From assembly GCA_934140005.1 (NCBI GenBank), contig CAKPBB010000006.1, positions 2,604 through 66,603 on the forward strand: a stretch of DNA of 64,000 nt. Reading direction: 5' to 3'. The stretch comes from an uncultured Clostridia bacterium (GTDB lineage Bacteria > Bacillota > Clostridia > TANB77 > CAG-508). Below, piece after piece: positions 9,389-18,976 of the stretch. The number at the start of each line of letters is the position of its first letter. The first letter of the stretch is position 1. The position numbers and the translations under genes were made by a program. The notes under the pieces are model-generated. The model was not told the DNA's origin. It saw nothing but the letters and a program-made list of their open reading frames with translations, and ran no database searches.

Positions 9389-10537
9389 TTAAGATGTATC
9401 TCCTTTACTAGAACCTCTCTCATGCTTGGAAATTGATTTATAATAGTACATTTCTTGGTCTGCTGAATTCTCAACTTCTTCTACTGAACATGTATCAAAT
9501 TTTTCATGATATGAAATACCAAAACTTACATAAGGCATACTTTTGAAAGCACTACGATGCTCCATAAGCAATGCAATAAATTTTCTATTTAGCTTATCCA
9601 TATCAGTTATAGGCTTAGTAAGAATTGCTGCGAACTCATCACCACCAATACGATAAATGTTTCCATAATCTCTGTAGGTTTCAAATATACACTCTGCAAC
9701 GATACGAAGCACTTCATCTCCGACCTTATGACCATAGTTGTCGTTGACTTTTTTAAAATCATCAACGTCAAACATTATCAATGTGTATGAACAATTCAAA
9801 CGCTGAATTCGATTAGAATAAGCCCGCTTGTTTAACAATTGAGTAAGAGCATCGGTATATTGGGTAAGTTCCAAATAATAAACATACACGAAACTTGATG
9901 CAATGCTCAAAGTTAACCAACAGGTCTTAAAGTTAGAATCTGCAATTTGAATTAAAACACCAAAAGTAATGAAGAGCAAAATTGAAGTAAGCATTGTTGA
10001 ATTACTGTTTTGATGTTTTTTGCTAAATTGGAATGCCTTGACAAAAAATCTTACACCAAATAGGATAAACATAAAAATGTATTCGTAATAGAATGGACCA
10101 TGACGATATACATTATTCTCATCAATAAAAAATATCCAATGTGTAGCTCTGGTAGATACTACAAGAGCTATATGCAATATTGATAAAAATGCAAAAACTT
10201 TATCAATATTTGTACGGATAAAGTGGTTGTTTAATCTACTTGAAAAGACTGTATTGGCACACCAAAATGATATAAGTGGAGTAATACTCAATTCTAAAGT
10301 TCTTACTAAATAGTGTACAGATATTAAACTAGAACTGAAGTTTAATCCATCAATTAAAATGCCAGACCATTCACAAATGCTACATAGCATTATGAGTATA
10401 TAAGTTCCAAGAAAGCCACTCCGTTTATATGGGTTGATATTTCGGTTGGATAATGTGTTGGCAATTAAAACTAAGTCAGTTAAAAAGCTGATTAGTATCA
10501 ATATGTCATAAGATTTCGTCATATTGAAGACCTCCAA
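9389..10537 (-). CDS. Membrane-bound diguanylate cyclase (GGDEF domain)
   Basis: C-terminal GGDEF domain (MFDVDDFKKVNDNYGHKVGDEVL...RIGGDEFA) after about 6 predicted TM helices. Confidence 0.9.
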   Translation of the reverse strand: MEVFNMTKSYDILILISFLTDLVLIANTLSNRNINPYKRSGFLGTYILIMLCSICEWSGILIDGLNFSSSLISVHYLVRTLELSITPLISFWCANTVFSSRLNNHFIRTNIDKVFAFLSILHIALVVSTRATHWIFFIDENNVYRHGPFYYEYIFMFILFGVRFFVKAFQFSKKHQNSNSTMLTSILLFITFGVLIQIADSNFKTCWLTLSIASSFVYVYYLELTQYTDALTQLLNKRAYSNRIQRLNCSYTLIMFDVDDFKKVNDNYGHKVGDEVLRIVAECIFETYRDYGNIYRIGGDEFAAILTKPITDMDKLNRKFIALLMEHRSAFKSMPYVSFGISYHEKFDTCSVEEVENSADQEMYYYKSISKHERGSSKGDTS

Positions 10538-10732
10538 TCTTCATTTTCAAGGTTCATTTAAGTAAAAATAATTTTTGCATAATTCTTATTATACAATGAA
10601 AATACTGTTTTTTCAATACTTTGATAAAAAATACGGAATCATGTGAAATAAAAAGATTAATAAAAAAGTAAATACAATTTTGAAAAACTAAATGTAATGA
10701 AATAAAAAAAGAAAAAAATAAATTTAAAAATC

Positions 10733-10761
10733 TTGAAAAAAAAATAAAAAAATTATATAAT
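10733..10761 (+). promoter_or_regulatory. Sigma-A promoter, TTGAAA-17 nt-TATAAT
   Basis: Hexamers at 10733-10738 and 10756-10761, upstream of the TetR gene. Confidence 0.5.
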
Positions 10762-10790
10762 TCATTTAAATTTATGTTAGGTGGAATAAA

Positions 10791-11357
10791 ATGAATAAAA
10801 CTAAGAGAAAAATTTTTGAGACGTCAATGAAGCTTTTTGCTGAAAAAGGCTATGATGCAACAAGCATAGAAGAAATTACATCAGTTGTAGGAGTAGCAAA
10901 AGGCACATTGTATTATCATTTTTCAAGCAAAGAAGAAATTTTTAACTTTCTTGTTGATGAAGGAATGAAATTATTAAAAAATAGTATAGAAATTAAGACT
11001 TCAAAGTGTGAAACAACGATTGAAAAATTAAAAGCAATTTCAATTATTCAATTAAAAGTAATTTATAAATACGAAAATATTATAACAATCGTATTAAGTC
11101 AAATGTTTGGAACAGGAAATAGAAATGTTTTTTGTAAAAATAAGGTGTTAGAATATATTGGAGTTATTCAAAAAATAATAGAAGAAGGATTAGAGAAAAA
11201 TGAAATAAGAAAATGCAATAGTAAACTAATGGCTTCTCAAATTTTTTCTTTAACTTGTTCTAGTTTAATTTATACTAGAGATACAAATGAGGAATTAAAT
11301 ATAAAAGAAATAGAAAAAGAATATGAAATGAATTTTTTAAGTTTACTTGGAAAATAA
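10791..11357 (+). CDS. TetR/AcrR-family transcriptional regulator
   Basis: N-terminal HTH (KIFETSMKLFAEKGYDATSIEEITSVVGVAKGTLYYHF). Confidence 0.9.
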   Translation: MNKTKRKIFETSMKLFAEKGYDATSIEEITSVVGVAKGTLYYHFSSKEEIFNFLVDEGMKLLKNSIEIKTSKCETTIEKLKAISIIQLKVIYKYENIITIVLSQMFGTGNRNVFCKNKVLEYIGVIQKIIEEGLEKNEIRKCNSKLMASQIFSLTCSSLIYTRDTNEELNIKEIEKEYEMNFLSLLGK

Positions 11358-11372
11358 AGGAAGGAACTGGAA

Positions 11373-13109
11373 ATGGAAGATAGAAAACATACTTGTACAA
11401 AGAAATTGTATGAGCCTCAAAAATTCAATAATTTAAAAGAAATAATTAATAATACTAAAGAAAAATTTGGAGATAGACCTGCTTTCAAATTAAAAACAGA
11501 TAAAGAAGGAGAATTTAAGGAAATTACATATAATGAATATATTGACGATATAAATTCTTTAGGAACAGCACTTATCAGTATTGGATTAAAAGATAAAAAA
11601 ATAGGTGTAATTGGTGAGAATAGAAAAGAATGGGAACTTGGATATTTATCTGTTGTTTGTGGTACAGGTATTGTTGTGCCACTAGATAAAGCTTTACCAG
11701 AAAATGAAATATTAAGCTTAATTGAAAGATCTGAGATTGAAGCTATTTTTTATTCTGAAAAATATAATAGTGTTATGGAAAAGGTTAAAGAAGAAAAAAT
11801 AGGTAAAATAAAATTCTTTATTTCAATGGATGCCACAGAAACTAAAGATGACATTTACTCTCAAATAGAACTTGTAAAATTAGGTAGAGATTTAATAAAA
11901 AATGGTGCTAGAAGTTTTTTAGATGCTGAAATAAATAATGAAAAAATGTCTATAATGCTATTTACATCAGGTACAACATCAAAATCTAAAGCTGTTGCTT
12001 TATCACATAAAAATATATGTTCAAATATATATGATATTTCATCTGTATTTGATGTTGGGATAAATGATACATTATTGTCATTTTTACCACTTCATCATAC
12101 ATTTGAATCAACAGTTGGTTTCTTGTACCCAGTTAGTGTTGGTGCTTGTGTTGCTTTTTGTGAAGGTTTAAGACATATTGCACAAAATATAAAAGAGTAT
12201 CAAGTAAGCGTTATGATTGCAGTTCCAATATTATTTGAAAATATGTATAAACAAATATTGAAAACAATAGATAAACAAGGAAAAACAAAGAAAGTAAAAT
12301 TTGGTGTTAAATTAAGTAATTTCTTGATGAAAATTGGTATAGATAAAAGAAGAGAAATATTTAAAGACATACATGCTAGTTTAGGTGGAAAATTAAGATT
12401 ATTTGTTGCAGGTGCTGCTGCATTTAATCCAGAAGCTGAAAAAGGCTTTAATAGTTTTGGCGTTGAAACATATCAAGGATATGGCTTAACAGAAACATCA
12501 CCTGTTATTGCTGCTGAACATAAAGAATGTACAAAACTTGGCTCAATTGGTAAATTATTCCCAAGTTTTGAAGGAAAAATCATTGAACCAAATGAACAAG
12601 GAATTGGTGAACTTGCTGTAAAAGGACCATCAGTTATGCTTGGATATGATAACAATGAAGAGGCAACTAAATCAGCTTTCAAAGATGGTTGGTTCTTAAC
12701 AGGTGACTTAGCATATTTTGATAAAGATGATTATATTTTTATCACTGGTAGAAAGAAAAGTGTTATTGTATTAAAAAATGGAAAGAATATTTATCCAGAA
12801 GAATTAGAAGCTTTAATAAATGAAATTCCAGGTGTTAAAGAATCTTTTGTTTATGGAAAGTCAGATAATGATGATAAAGATGATTTAAAAATTGGTGCTA
12901 AACTTGTTTATGACAAAGATTATTTTGAAAAAGAATATAATTTGACAAACGAAGATGAAATTAAAGCTAAATTATGGAAAGATGTAAAAGAAATAAATAA
13001 AAAAATGCCAACATATAAGTATGTAAAAGAAATTAAAATTACACAAGAAGAATTGATAAAAACAACTACTTTGAAAGTTAAAAGATTTGAAGAAATGAAG
13101 AGAGTGTAA
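11373..13109 (+). CDS. AMP-dependent long-chain fatty-acid-CoA ligase family protein
   Basis: AMP-binding motifs MLFTSGTTSKSKAV, YQGYGLTETS, TGDLAYFDKDDYIFITGRKK. Confidence 0.85.
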   Translation: MEDRKHTCTKKLYEPQKFNNLKEIINNTKEKFGDRPAFKLKTDKEGEFKEITYNEYIDDINSLGTALISIGLKDKKIGVIGENRKEWELGYLSVVCGTGIVVPLDKALPENEILSLIERSEIEAIFYSEKYNSVMEKVKEEKIGKIKFFISMDATETKDDIYSQIELVKLGRDLIKNGARSFLDAEINNEKMSIMLFTSGTTSKSKAVALSHKNICSNIYDISSVFDVGINDTLLSFLPLHHTFESTVGFLYPVSVGACVAFCEGLRHIAQNIKEYQVSVMIAVPILFENMYKQILKTIDKQGKTKKVKFGVKLSNFLMKIGIDKRREIFKDIHASLGGKLRLFVAGAAAFNPEAEKGFNSFGVETYQGYGLTETSPVIAAEHKECTKLGSIGKLFPSFEGKIIEPNEQGIGELAVKGPSVMLGYDNNEEATKSAFKDGWFLTGDLAYFDKDDYIFITGRKKSVIVLKNGKNIYPEELEALINEIPGVKESFVYGKSDNDDKDDLKIGAKLVYDKDYFEKEYNLTNEDEIKAKLWKDVKEINKKMPTYKYVKEIKITQEELIKTTTLKVKRFEEMKRV

Positions 13110-13138
13110 TTGAATTTTAGATAAAAATATTATTTTTT

Positions 13139-13187
13139 AATATCGCATTCTTCTAAAAATAAAATGTAAGAAGATTGCGATATTTTT
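13139..13187 (+). terminator. Intrinsic terminator whose 3' arm shares the 12-mer AGAAGATTGCGA with the three-copy repeat
   Basis: AATATCGCATTCTTCT and AGAAGATTGCGATATT form a hairpin with one mismatch, followed by TTT. Confidence 0.7.
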
Positions 13188-13325
13188 GTATATATTGTAA
13201 TAATGTAACGAAAATGTAATAGAAAAAAGTCGAAAATCACTTGAAATGAAAATTAAAACAAAGTATAATTATTTTAGTATTTAAAAAAGTATTAGGGAAG
13301 TAATACGAAGGAGGTAAGTTTACAA

Positions 13326-14300
13326 ATGTCATTTTTTCACAAATCAGGCATAGTAAACGTGAAAATGGTAATCACGGAAGAAAAAATTTTATCAAATATA
13401 GATAAAGTTCAAAAGTTAATCAATCCAAATAGTAAGAAGCAAATTGTACAATTGGAAGATGATTCTTATTTTAAAGACTTAGTAGAATCAATTAAAACTT
13501 ATCTTTTAGAGTATCCAAAAAAGAAGAATTTTCCAAAGAGTGTATATAAAGCAGCTTATGATTTAGTTGAATATGCAACAAATCAATTTGAGGAAAATAC
13601 TAAAAAGATTGAAGAATTAATTAGAAAAAGAGAAAAAAATATCAAATTAGCAAGTGTTTTAAGAGATGCAACAGCAGCTGTAAAAGCTAAGGCTAAAAAT
13701 TGGAAAGAAATTGTAAAAAAATTACAAACAAAATATCCAGCAGATGTTGCTGAAGCTTTAAATATAATTGGTTCATCAAAAGATAAAGAATCTGAAGAAT
13801 ATAAAGATGCTTGTAAGTTAATTGAAGCAAAAATAAATAATCTAGAAGGAAACTTACATATTGAAATAGATATGGAAAGAATTGAAGATAGATCAAAAGC
13901 TTTAAGTTACATAGGAATTGAGATTGCAGAAGCATTAAAATATATTCCAGCACCTATTGAAGACTTCGTACAAGCTGAAGATAAAGTAGAAGAAAATGTA
14001 GCAAATATTACAACACAAGAAGAAAAGAAGGTTGAAAATAAGACGGTTAAAGAAGATAAAAAGCAAAATGTACAAAATGCTGAAGTTAAAGAAGTTAAAT
14101 CTGCAATTATTTCAACTCCAGCTGTTGAAGAAACTTCACAAGAAGAACAAGCAGCATTTATTGAAGAAACAAGATTTGAAACAAAACCTTCATTATGGCA
14201 AAGAATTAAAAACAGCAAATTTGTTAGAACAATTAAATATATTATGCAAATTAAAGTTGTTCTTGATTATCCAGCTTTACCAGAAGGAAGAGAAAATTAA
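13326..14300 (+). CDS. Hypothetical protein (helical, charged; no family recognised)
   Basis: Long ORF with an SD (GAAGGAGG) upstream. Confidence 0.5.
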   Translation: MSFFHKSGIVNVKMVITEEKILSNIDKVQKLINPNSKKQIVQLEDDSYFKDLVESIKTYLLEYPKKKNFPKSVYKAAYDLVEYATNQFEENTKKIEELIRKREKNIKLASVLRDATAAVKAKAKNWKEIVKKLQTKYPADVAEALNIIGSSKDKESEEYKDACKLIEAKINNLEGNLHIEIDMERIEDRSKALSYIGIEIAEALKYIPAPIEDFVQAEDKVEENVANITTQEEKKVENKTVKEDKKQNVQNAEVKEVKSAIISTPAVEETSQEEQAAFIEETRFETKPSLWQRIKNSKFVRTIKYIMQIKVVLDYPALPEGREN

Positions 14301-14367
14301 TAATGATATTAAATTAGAGGCTGTACATTATGTACAGTCTTTTTCTGTAAAATTTTTGTGAAACTTG

Positions 14368-14396
14368 TTGAATAAAAAAAGTCACTATGATATAGT
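14368..14396 (+). promoter_or_regulatory. Sigma-A promoter, TTGAAT-17 nt-TATAGT
   Basis: Hexamers at 14368-14373 and 14391-14396, upstream of thyA. Confidence 0.5.
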
Positions 14397-14426
14397 ACAG
14401 ATAAATCGTAATTTAGGAGGAAGACA

Positions 14427-15284
14427 ATGACACAGGCTGATAAAATTTTTATAGATACTTGCAAAGAAATTATTGAGCATGGATATTCTTCAGAAGGTAC
14501 AAATGTGCGTACAAGATGGGAAGATGGTAGCGAGGCAAATTATATTTCTATTGTTGGTGTATCAAATAAATATGATGTAGGAAAAGAATTTCCTATGATT
14601 ACATTAAGAAATAATAGTGGAACTGTAAAAAGAGCTATTGATGAAGTTTTATGGATATGGCAAAAAAAGTCAAATAAAATTAGTGAATTAAATTCTCATA
14701 TTTGGGATCAATGGGCTAGAGAAGATGGAACAATAGGTAAAGCTTATGGATATCAAATGGGAAAGAAGTATCAATTTAAAACAAAAGATGGACTAAAAGA
14801 AATGGACCAAGTAGATTTTGTTTTATATTTACTAAAAAATGATCCTTCTAGTAGAAGAATTATGACAAATATATTTAATCATGAAGAATTAAAAGATATG
14901 GCATTAGAACCTTGCGTATATGGTACACAATGGTTAGTAAAACAAGGAAAATTACATTTGATATTAAATCAAAGGTCACAAGATATGCTTGCTGCTAATG
15001 GTTGGAATACAATGCAATATGCTGCTTTACTTTGTATGTTTGCACAAGTTTCAGGATTAGAAGTAGGAACATTAACTCACAATATAGGAGATTGCCATAT
15101 TTATGATAGACATATACCTTTAGTTAAGAAACTTATCGAAGGAAAATCAATGGATGTATCTCCGAAATTGATTATTAAAAATCCTACAAAAGATTTTTAT
15201 GATTTCAAAGTGGAAGATTTTGAAATAGAAAACTATGAATACAATAAGGAAATGAAACTAGGAAAAATTCCAGTTGCAGAATAG
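14427..15284 (+). CDS. thyA: Thymidylate synthase (ThyA type)
   Basis: 285 aa with conserved ThyA blocks (RRIMTNIFNHEEL, EPCVYGTQW, LILNQRSQDM, GDCHIY). Followed by folA. Confidence 0.9.
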   Translation: MTQADKIFIDTCKEIIEHGYSSEGTNVRTRWEDGSEANYISIVGVSNKYDVGKEFPMITLRNNSGTVKRAIDEVLWIWQKKSNKISELNSHIWDQWAREDGTIGKAYGYQMGKKYQFKTKDGLKEMDQVDFVLYLLKNDPSSRRIMTNIFNHEELKDMALEPCVYGTQWLVKQGKLHLILNQRSQDMLAANGWNTMQYAALLCMFAQVSGLEVGTLTHNIGDCHIYDRHIPLVKKLIEGKSMDVSPKLIIKNPTKDFYDFKVEDFEIENYEYNKEMKLGKIPVAE

Positions 15285-15311
15285 AATACAAAAAGAAAAG
15301 AGGATAAAGAA

Positions 15312-15803
15312 ATGTTAAGTATAATAGTTGCAAAAGCAAAAAATAATATAATAGGAAAAAATAATGGTTTGTTATGGTATTTACCAGAAGATTTAAGAAG
15401 ATTTAAAGAAAAAACAACAGGACATGTAATAATAATGGGAAGAAAAACTTTTGAATCACTTGGCAGAGTTTTACCAAATAGAAAACATGTTGTATTTACA
15501 CAAAATCCAGATTTTCATGTAGATGATGAAAATGTAGATGTTGTACATTCAATGCTTGAAATTAAACAATACATAGATGATGAGGAAGAAAATTTTGTAA
15601 TAGGTGGAGCAATGATTTATAGTTTTCTATTGCCATATGTAAATAAAATTTATGCAACAGAAATTGATCAAAACTTCGAAGGTGATGCATTCTTTCCAAA
15701 ACTAAATCCAGCAGACTGGAAAGAAACAGCTAGAGAAAAAGGCATTAAAGATGAAAAGAACACACTTGATTATGACTTTGTAACTTATGAAAGAATTAAA
15801 TAA
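15312..15803 (+). CDS. folA: Dihydrofolate reductase
   Basis: 163 aa. IIGKNNGLLWYLPEDLRRFKEKT...IMGRKTFES. Classic thyA-folA pairing. Confidence 0.92.
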   Translation: MLSIIVAKAKNNIIGKNNGLLWYLPEDLRRFKEKTTGHVIIMGRKTFESLGRVLPNRKHVVFTQNPDFHVDDENVDVVHSMLEIKQYIDDEEENFVIGGAMIYSFLLPYVNKIYATEIDQNFEGDAFFPKLNPADWKETAREKGIKDEKNTLDYDFVTYERIK

Positions 15804-15808
15804 AACTA

Positions 15809-15846
15809 AAAGCTCTATAATACATGCGATTATGGAGCTTTTTTTG
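15809..15846 (+). terminator. Intrinsic terminator after folA
   Basis: AAAGCTCTATAA and TTATGGAGCTTT form a hairpin followed by a T-run. Confidence 0.7.
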
Positions 15847-15882
15847 GCAATAAAAAAACTGAATTCAAATCGAATTCAGTTT

Positions 15883-15958
15883 TGGCTCCTCGTGTAGGAC
15901 TTGAACCTACGACATTTCGGTTAACAGCCGAACGCTCTACCGACTGAGCTAACGAGGA
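15883..15958 (-). tRNA. tRNA-Asn (anticodon GTT), CCA encoded
   Basis: Minus-strand read TCCTCGTTAGCTCAGTCGGTAGAGC...GGCTGTTAACCG...GGTTCAAGTCC...ACGAGGAGCCA. Cloverleaf with a CT-GTT-AA anticodon loop. Confidence 0.9.
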
Positions 15959-16209
15959 ATGTATTATTTTTAACTTCTTTTGTATTATACTTTATAATAT
16001 GAAAGAATGCAAGTATTTATTCAAAAAAATATATTACATTTTTATTACAAATAATAATTTTATTATATTATTACTAATTGTATAAAGTGAATAATATCCT
16101 TTTATTAGCTCTCTCATACTCTTAATAACTTTTAAAATCTTCTATTTTTGTATTTACTTATCATCTTTAAAGTGATATAATACCTATATTAAAAAGAAGA
16201 AGTAGGACT

Positions 16210-16965
16210 ATGAGTAAATTTTTTGTTAAAGAAAATCAAATTAAAAATAATATAGTAAAAATAATTGGCCAAGATGTAAATCATATTAGAAATGTATTAA
16301 GATTGAATCTTGAAGATCAAATTAAAATTTGCAATGAAGATACAAGTGAAAATTATAATTGTAGTATCAAGCAAATTGAAAAAGATGAAATTATTTGTGA
16401 AATAAAAGAAAAAATTTCAAGTAAAGTAGAAAGTAATGTTAAAATAACAATATTTCAAGGATTACCAAAGGCAGACAAGATGGAACTTATCATTCAAAAA
16501 TCTACAGAGCTTGGTGCAAGTAGGTTTGTACCAGTTGCATTAAATAGATGTATAGTAAAACTTTCCGGAAAAGATGCTCAAAAGAAAATTGAAAGATGGC
16601 AAAAAATTTCAGAAGTAGCTGCAAAACAGTGTGGAAGAGATTTAATACCTAAAATAGAAAACATAGAAAATATAGAAGAAGTAAAAAATCAGATATCAGA
16701 CTTTGATTTATTTTTTGTTGCTTATGAACAAGAAAAAAATGTTTATTTAAAACAAGTGCTACAAGAAGTAGATAAAAGTAAAGAAAAAATACGAATTGCT
16801 TTTTTAATAGGCCCAGAAGGTGGTTTAGAAGAAAAGGAAATTGAACAAATGAAAAACGCTGGTGCAAAGATAATCAGTTTAGGAAATAGAATTTTAAGAA
16901 CTGAAACAGTTGCATTAAGTGTTACCTCTATTATAATGTATGAACTAGAAAATTTTGGAGGATAA
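16210..16965 (+). CDS. rsmE: 16S rRNA (uracil1498-N3)-methyltransferase
   Basis: 251 aa RsmE-like (MSKFFV...NHIRNVLRL; LIGPEGGLEEKEI; LGNRILRTETV). Confidence 0.85.
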   Translation: MSKFFVKENQIKNNIVKIIGQDVNHIRNVLRLNLEDQIKICNEDTSENYNCSIKQIEKDEIICEIKEKISSKVESNVKITIFQGLPKADKMELIIQKSTELGASRFVPVALNRCIVKLSGKDAQKKIERWQKISEVAAKQCGRDLIPKIENIENIEEVKNQISDFDLFFVAYEQEKNVYLKQVLQEVDKSKEKIRIAFLIGPEGGLEEKEIEQMKNAGAKIISLGNRILRTETVALSVTSIIMYELENFGG

Positions 16966-17785
16966 TATGAGTGAAAAAGAAATACTAATGGAAAAAGAAA
17001 TAGAAAACAAAAGAAAATTATCACAAGAAGCAAAAGACAAAATGAATGAAATAATATTTTTGAACTTTAACATATCAATAATATTAATGTTGATAATGAT
17101 TGCAATAAATATTGCTTTTTTAAATATTATGCCAAATAAATTTATAATGATAATAAAGTCCTTTTCAATTTTTTCAATTTTAGTAACTATAACTATGTTT
17201 GAATTGGCTTATAGAAAAGAAAGTGTTTCAAAAATGTTTTATGGTATTGAATTATTAGCATTTAGCATCATAATAATGTATATACCATATGTTTATATGC
17301 ATATGCCTGAAATGACACGAAAAATATTTATGCTTACCCCTGTATATTTTGCAATTTATTATGTGGCAAAAAGTATTTTTATAAACAGAGAAATAACTAA
17401 AGAATATTTAGATGGCTTAAGTGATGTTAAAGAAATTGTAAAAGATGATGAAGAAGGCTATTTAGATGAAGATAGTACGAAAATAATAAAAGAAATAAAC
17501 AAAATTGAAGAAGCTAAAAAAGCTGAAAAACTTGCTATAAAAGAAGCAAAGAAAAAACAAAAAATGGCAATGAAGCAAGAGCTAAAGAATAAAAAAGTAA
17601 AAGAACAAGAAAAAAATTCAAAAAATAATCAAAATGCAACTAAAGTAAAAACGACTAATAAGAAAGTAAATATAAAAGAAGATACAAAAACTGAAGAAAA
17701 GAAAAAAGTAGCTAAAACAGTAAAAACAGATTCTGAAGAAAAAAGTCAAACTAAAAAAACTGTTAAAAGAAAAAGTAAGGAGTAA
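16955..17785 (+). CDS. Hypothetical membrane protein with a Lys-rich C-terminal tail
   Basis: About 4 TM helices, then a KKxK-rich low-complexity tail. Overlaps the rsmE stop by 11 nt. Confidence 0.5.
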   Translation: MEDNMSEKEILMEKEIENKRKLSQEAKDKMNEIIFLNFNISIILMLIMIAINIAFLNIMPNKFIMIIKSFSIFSILVTITMFELAYRKESVSKMFYGIELLAFSIIIMYIPYVYMHMPEMTRKIFMLTPVYFAIYYVAKSIFINREITKEYLDGLSDVKEIVKDDEEGYLDEDSTKIIKEINKIEEAKKAEKLAIKEAKKKQKMAMKQELKNKKVKEQEKNSKNNQNATKVKTTNKKVNIKEDTKTEEKKKVAKTVKTDSEEKSQTKKTVKRKSKE

Positions 17786-17788
17786 AAA

Positions 17789-18664
17789 ATGATAAAAAGT
17801 ATGACCGGTTTTGGTCGTGGAAAATATGAAAATGAAGGTAGAATTTATACAGTTGAAATAAAGGCAGTAAATCATAAATATAATGATGTTTCAATAAAAA
17901 TGCCACGATTTTTTAATAGTTTAGAAGATGGAATAAGAAAGAAAATTTCAAGTTCTGTTGCAAGAGGAAAAATTGATGTTTTCATAACATTTGAAAATTA
18001 TAGTGACAAAGGTATTGAAATAAAATTAAATAAAGAACTTGCTAAAATGTACATAAAAGAATTAAATGATTTAGCAAATGAAACAGGTATTCAAAATAAT
18101 ATAAATGTTATGGAAATCGCAAAACTTCCAGACATACTTAATATTGATGAAGAATCTCAAGAAGAACTTATTAAGCAAGAGCTAAATATTGCACTTGATG
18201 AAGCAATTAGCAAATTTGTACAAATGAGAGAAATTGAAGGAAGTAAATTGGCAGAAGACATAGAAAAAAGAATTCTATGGATTGAAACTAAAGTCGAAGA
18301 AATTTCAAAGTATTCTTCAACTTTAGTAAAAGAATATATAGAAAAATTAGAAGTAAGAGTTAAAGAACTATTGCAAACTGATGTAGTGGATGAAAATAGA
18401 TTAGCACAAGAAATTGTTATATATTCTGATAAATGCTCAATTGAAGAAGAACTTACAAGACTTAGAAGTCATATATTACAATTTAAACAATTACTAAAAG
18501 GTGATTCTCCTATTGGCAAAAAATTTGATTTTCTTGTTCAAGAAATGAATAGAGAAACAAATACAATAGGCTCAAAAGCTAATTGTTTAGAAATAACAAA
18601 TAGAGTTATTGATATCAAAACAGAAATAGAAAACATAAGAGAACAAATACAAAATATAGAGTAA
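17789..18664 (+). CDS. yicC: YicC/YloC-family stress-induced protein (endoribonuclease family)
   Basis: [12 protein letters not shown]-terminus and C-terminal DUF1732-like [14 protein letters not shown]. Confidence 0.88.
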   Translation: MIKSMTGFGRGKYENEGRIYTVEIKAVNHKYNDVSIKMPRFFNSLEDGIRKKISSSVARGKIDVFITFENYSDKGIEIKLNKELAKMYIKELNDLANETGIQNNINVMEIAKLPDILNIDEESQEELIKQELNIALDEAISKFVQMREIEGSKLAEDIEKRILWIETKVEEISKYSSTLVKEYIEKLEVRVKELLQTDVVDENRLAQEIVIYSDKCSIEEELTRLRSHILQFKQLLKGDSPIGKKFDFLVQEMNRETNTIGSKANCLEITNRVIDIKTEIENIREQIQNIE

Positions 18665-18684
18665 TTTCAAAGGAGGGAGCTTTC

Positions 18685-18939
18685 ATGAAATTAGTTAACA
18701 TAGGATTTGGAAACATAGTTTCTGCTGAAAGAATAATATCAATAGTTAGTCCAGAATCTGCTCCAATTAAAAGAATTGTTCAAGAAGCAAAAGATTCAAA
18801 AATGGCTATTGATGCAACTTATGGAAGAAGAACAAGATCAGTTATTATTATGGATTCAGGTCATGTTATATTGTCAGCAGTACAACCAGAAACAGTTGCA
18901 AGTAGAGTTGACAATGATGGTACAAATGCAGAAGAATAA
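18685..18939 (+). CDS. remA: RemA/YlzA (DUF370) family regulator
   Basis: [30 protein letters not shown]...[28 protein letters not shown]. Confidence 0.9.
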   Translation: MKLVNIGFGNIVSAERIISIVSPESAPIKRIVQEAKDSKMAIDATYGRRTRSVIIMDSGHVILSAVQPETVASRVDNDGTNAEE

Positions 18940-18976
18940 TATTATAAATAAATTAAATTTTTAGGAGGAAGTTAAA

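Noticed and set aside
13202-13220. Reading the TGTAAC-GAAAA-TGTAAT sites as Spo0A boxes, CodY boxes or cre sites
   Set aside because: By hand alignment, the 0A box (TGTCGAA) needs a C where these sites have A. The CodY consensus (AATTTTCWGAAAATT) matches only about 9 of 15 positions at the best site. The cre consensus has different spacing of its CG core. None of these fits.
14032-14361. 109-aa Lys/Leu-rich ORF overlapping the 3' end of 13326-14300 in another frame
   Set aside because: It is an alternative-frame reading of an A-rich coding region, with no SD and a low-complexity product. The longer ORF explains the region.
18776-18964. 62-aa ORF overlapping remA in another frame
   Set aside because: It is fully embedded in the well-supported remA gene. 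It has a Gln/Met/Leu-rich low-complexity product and no independent signals.
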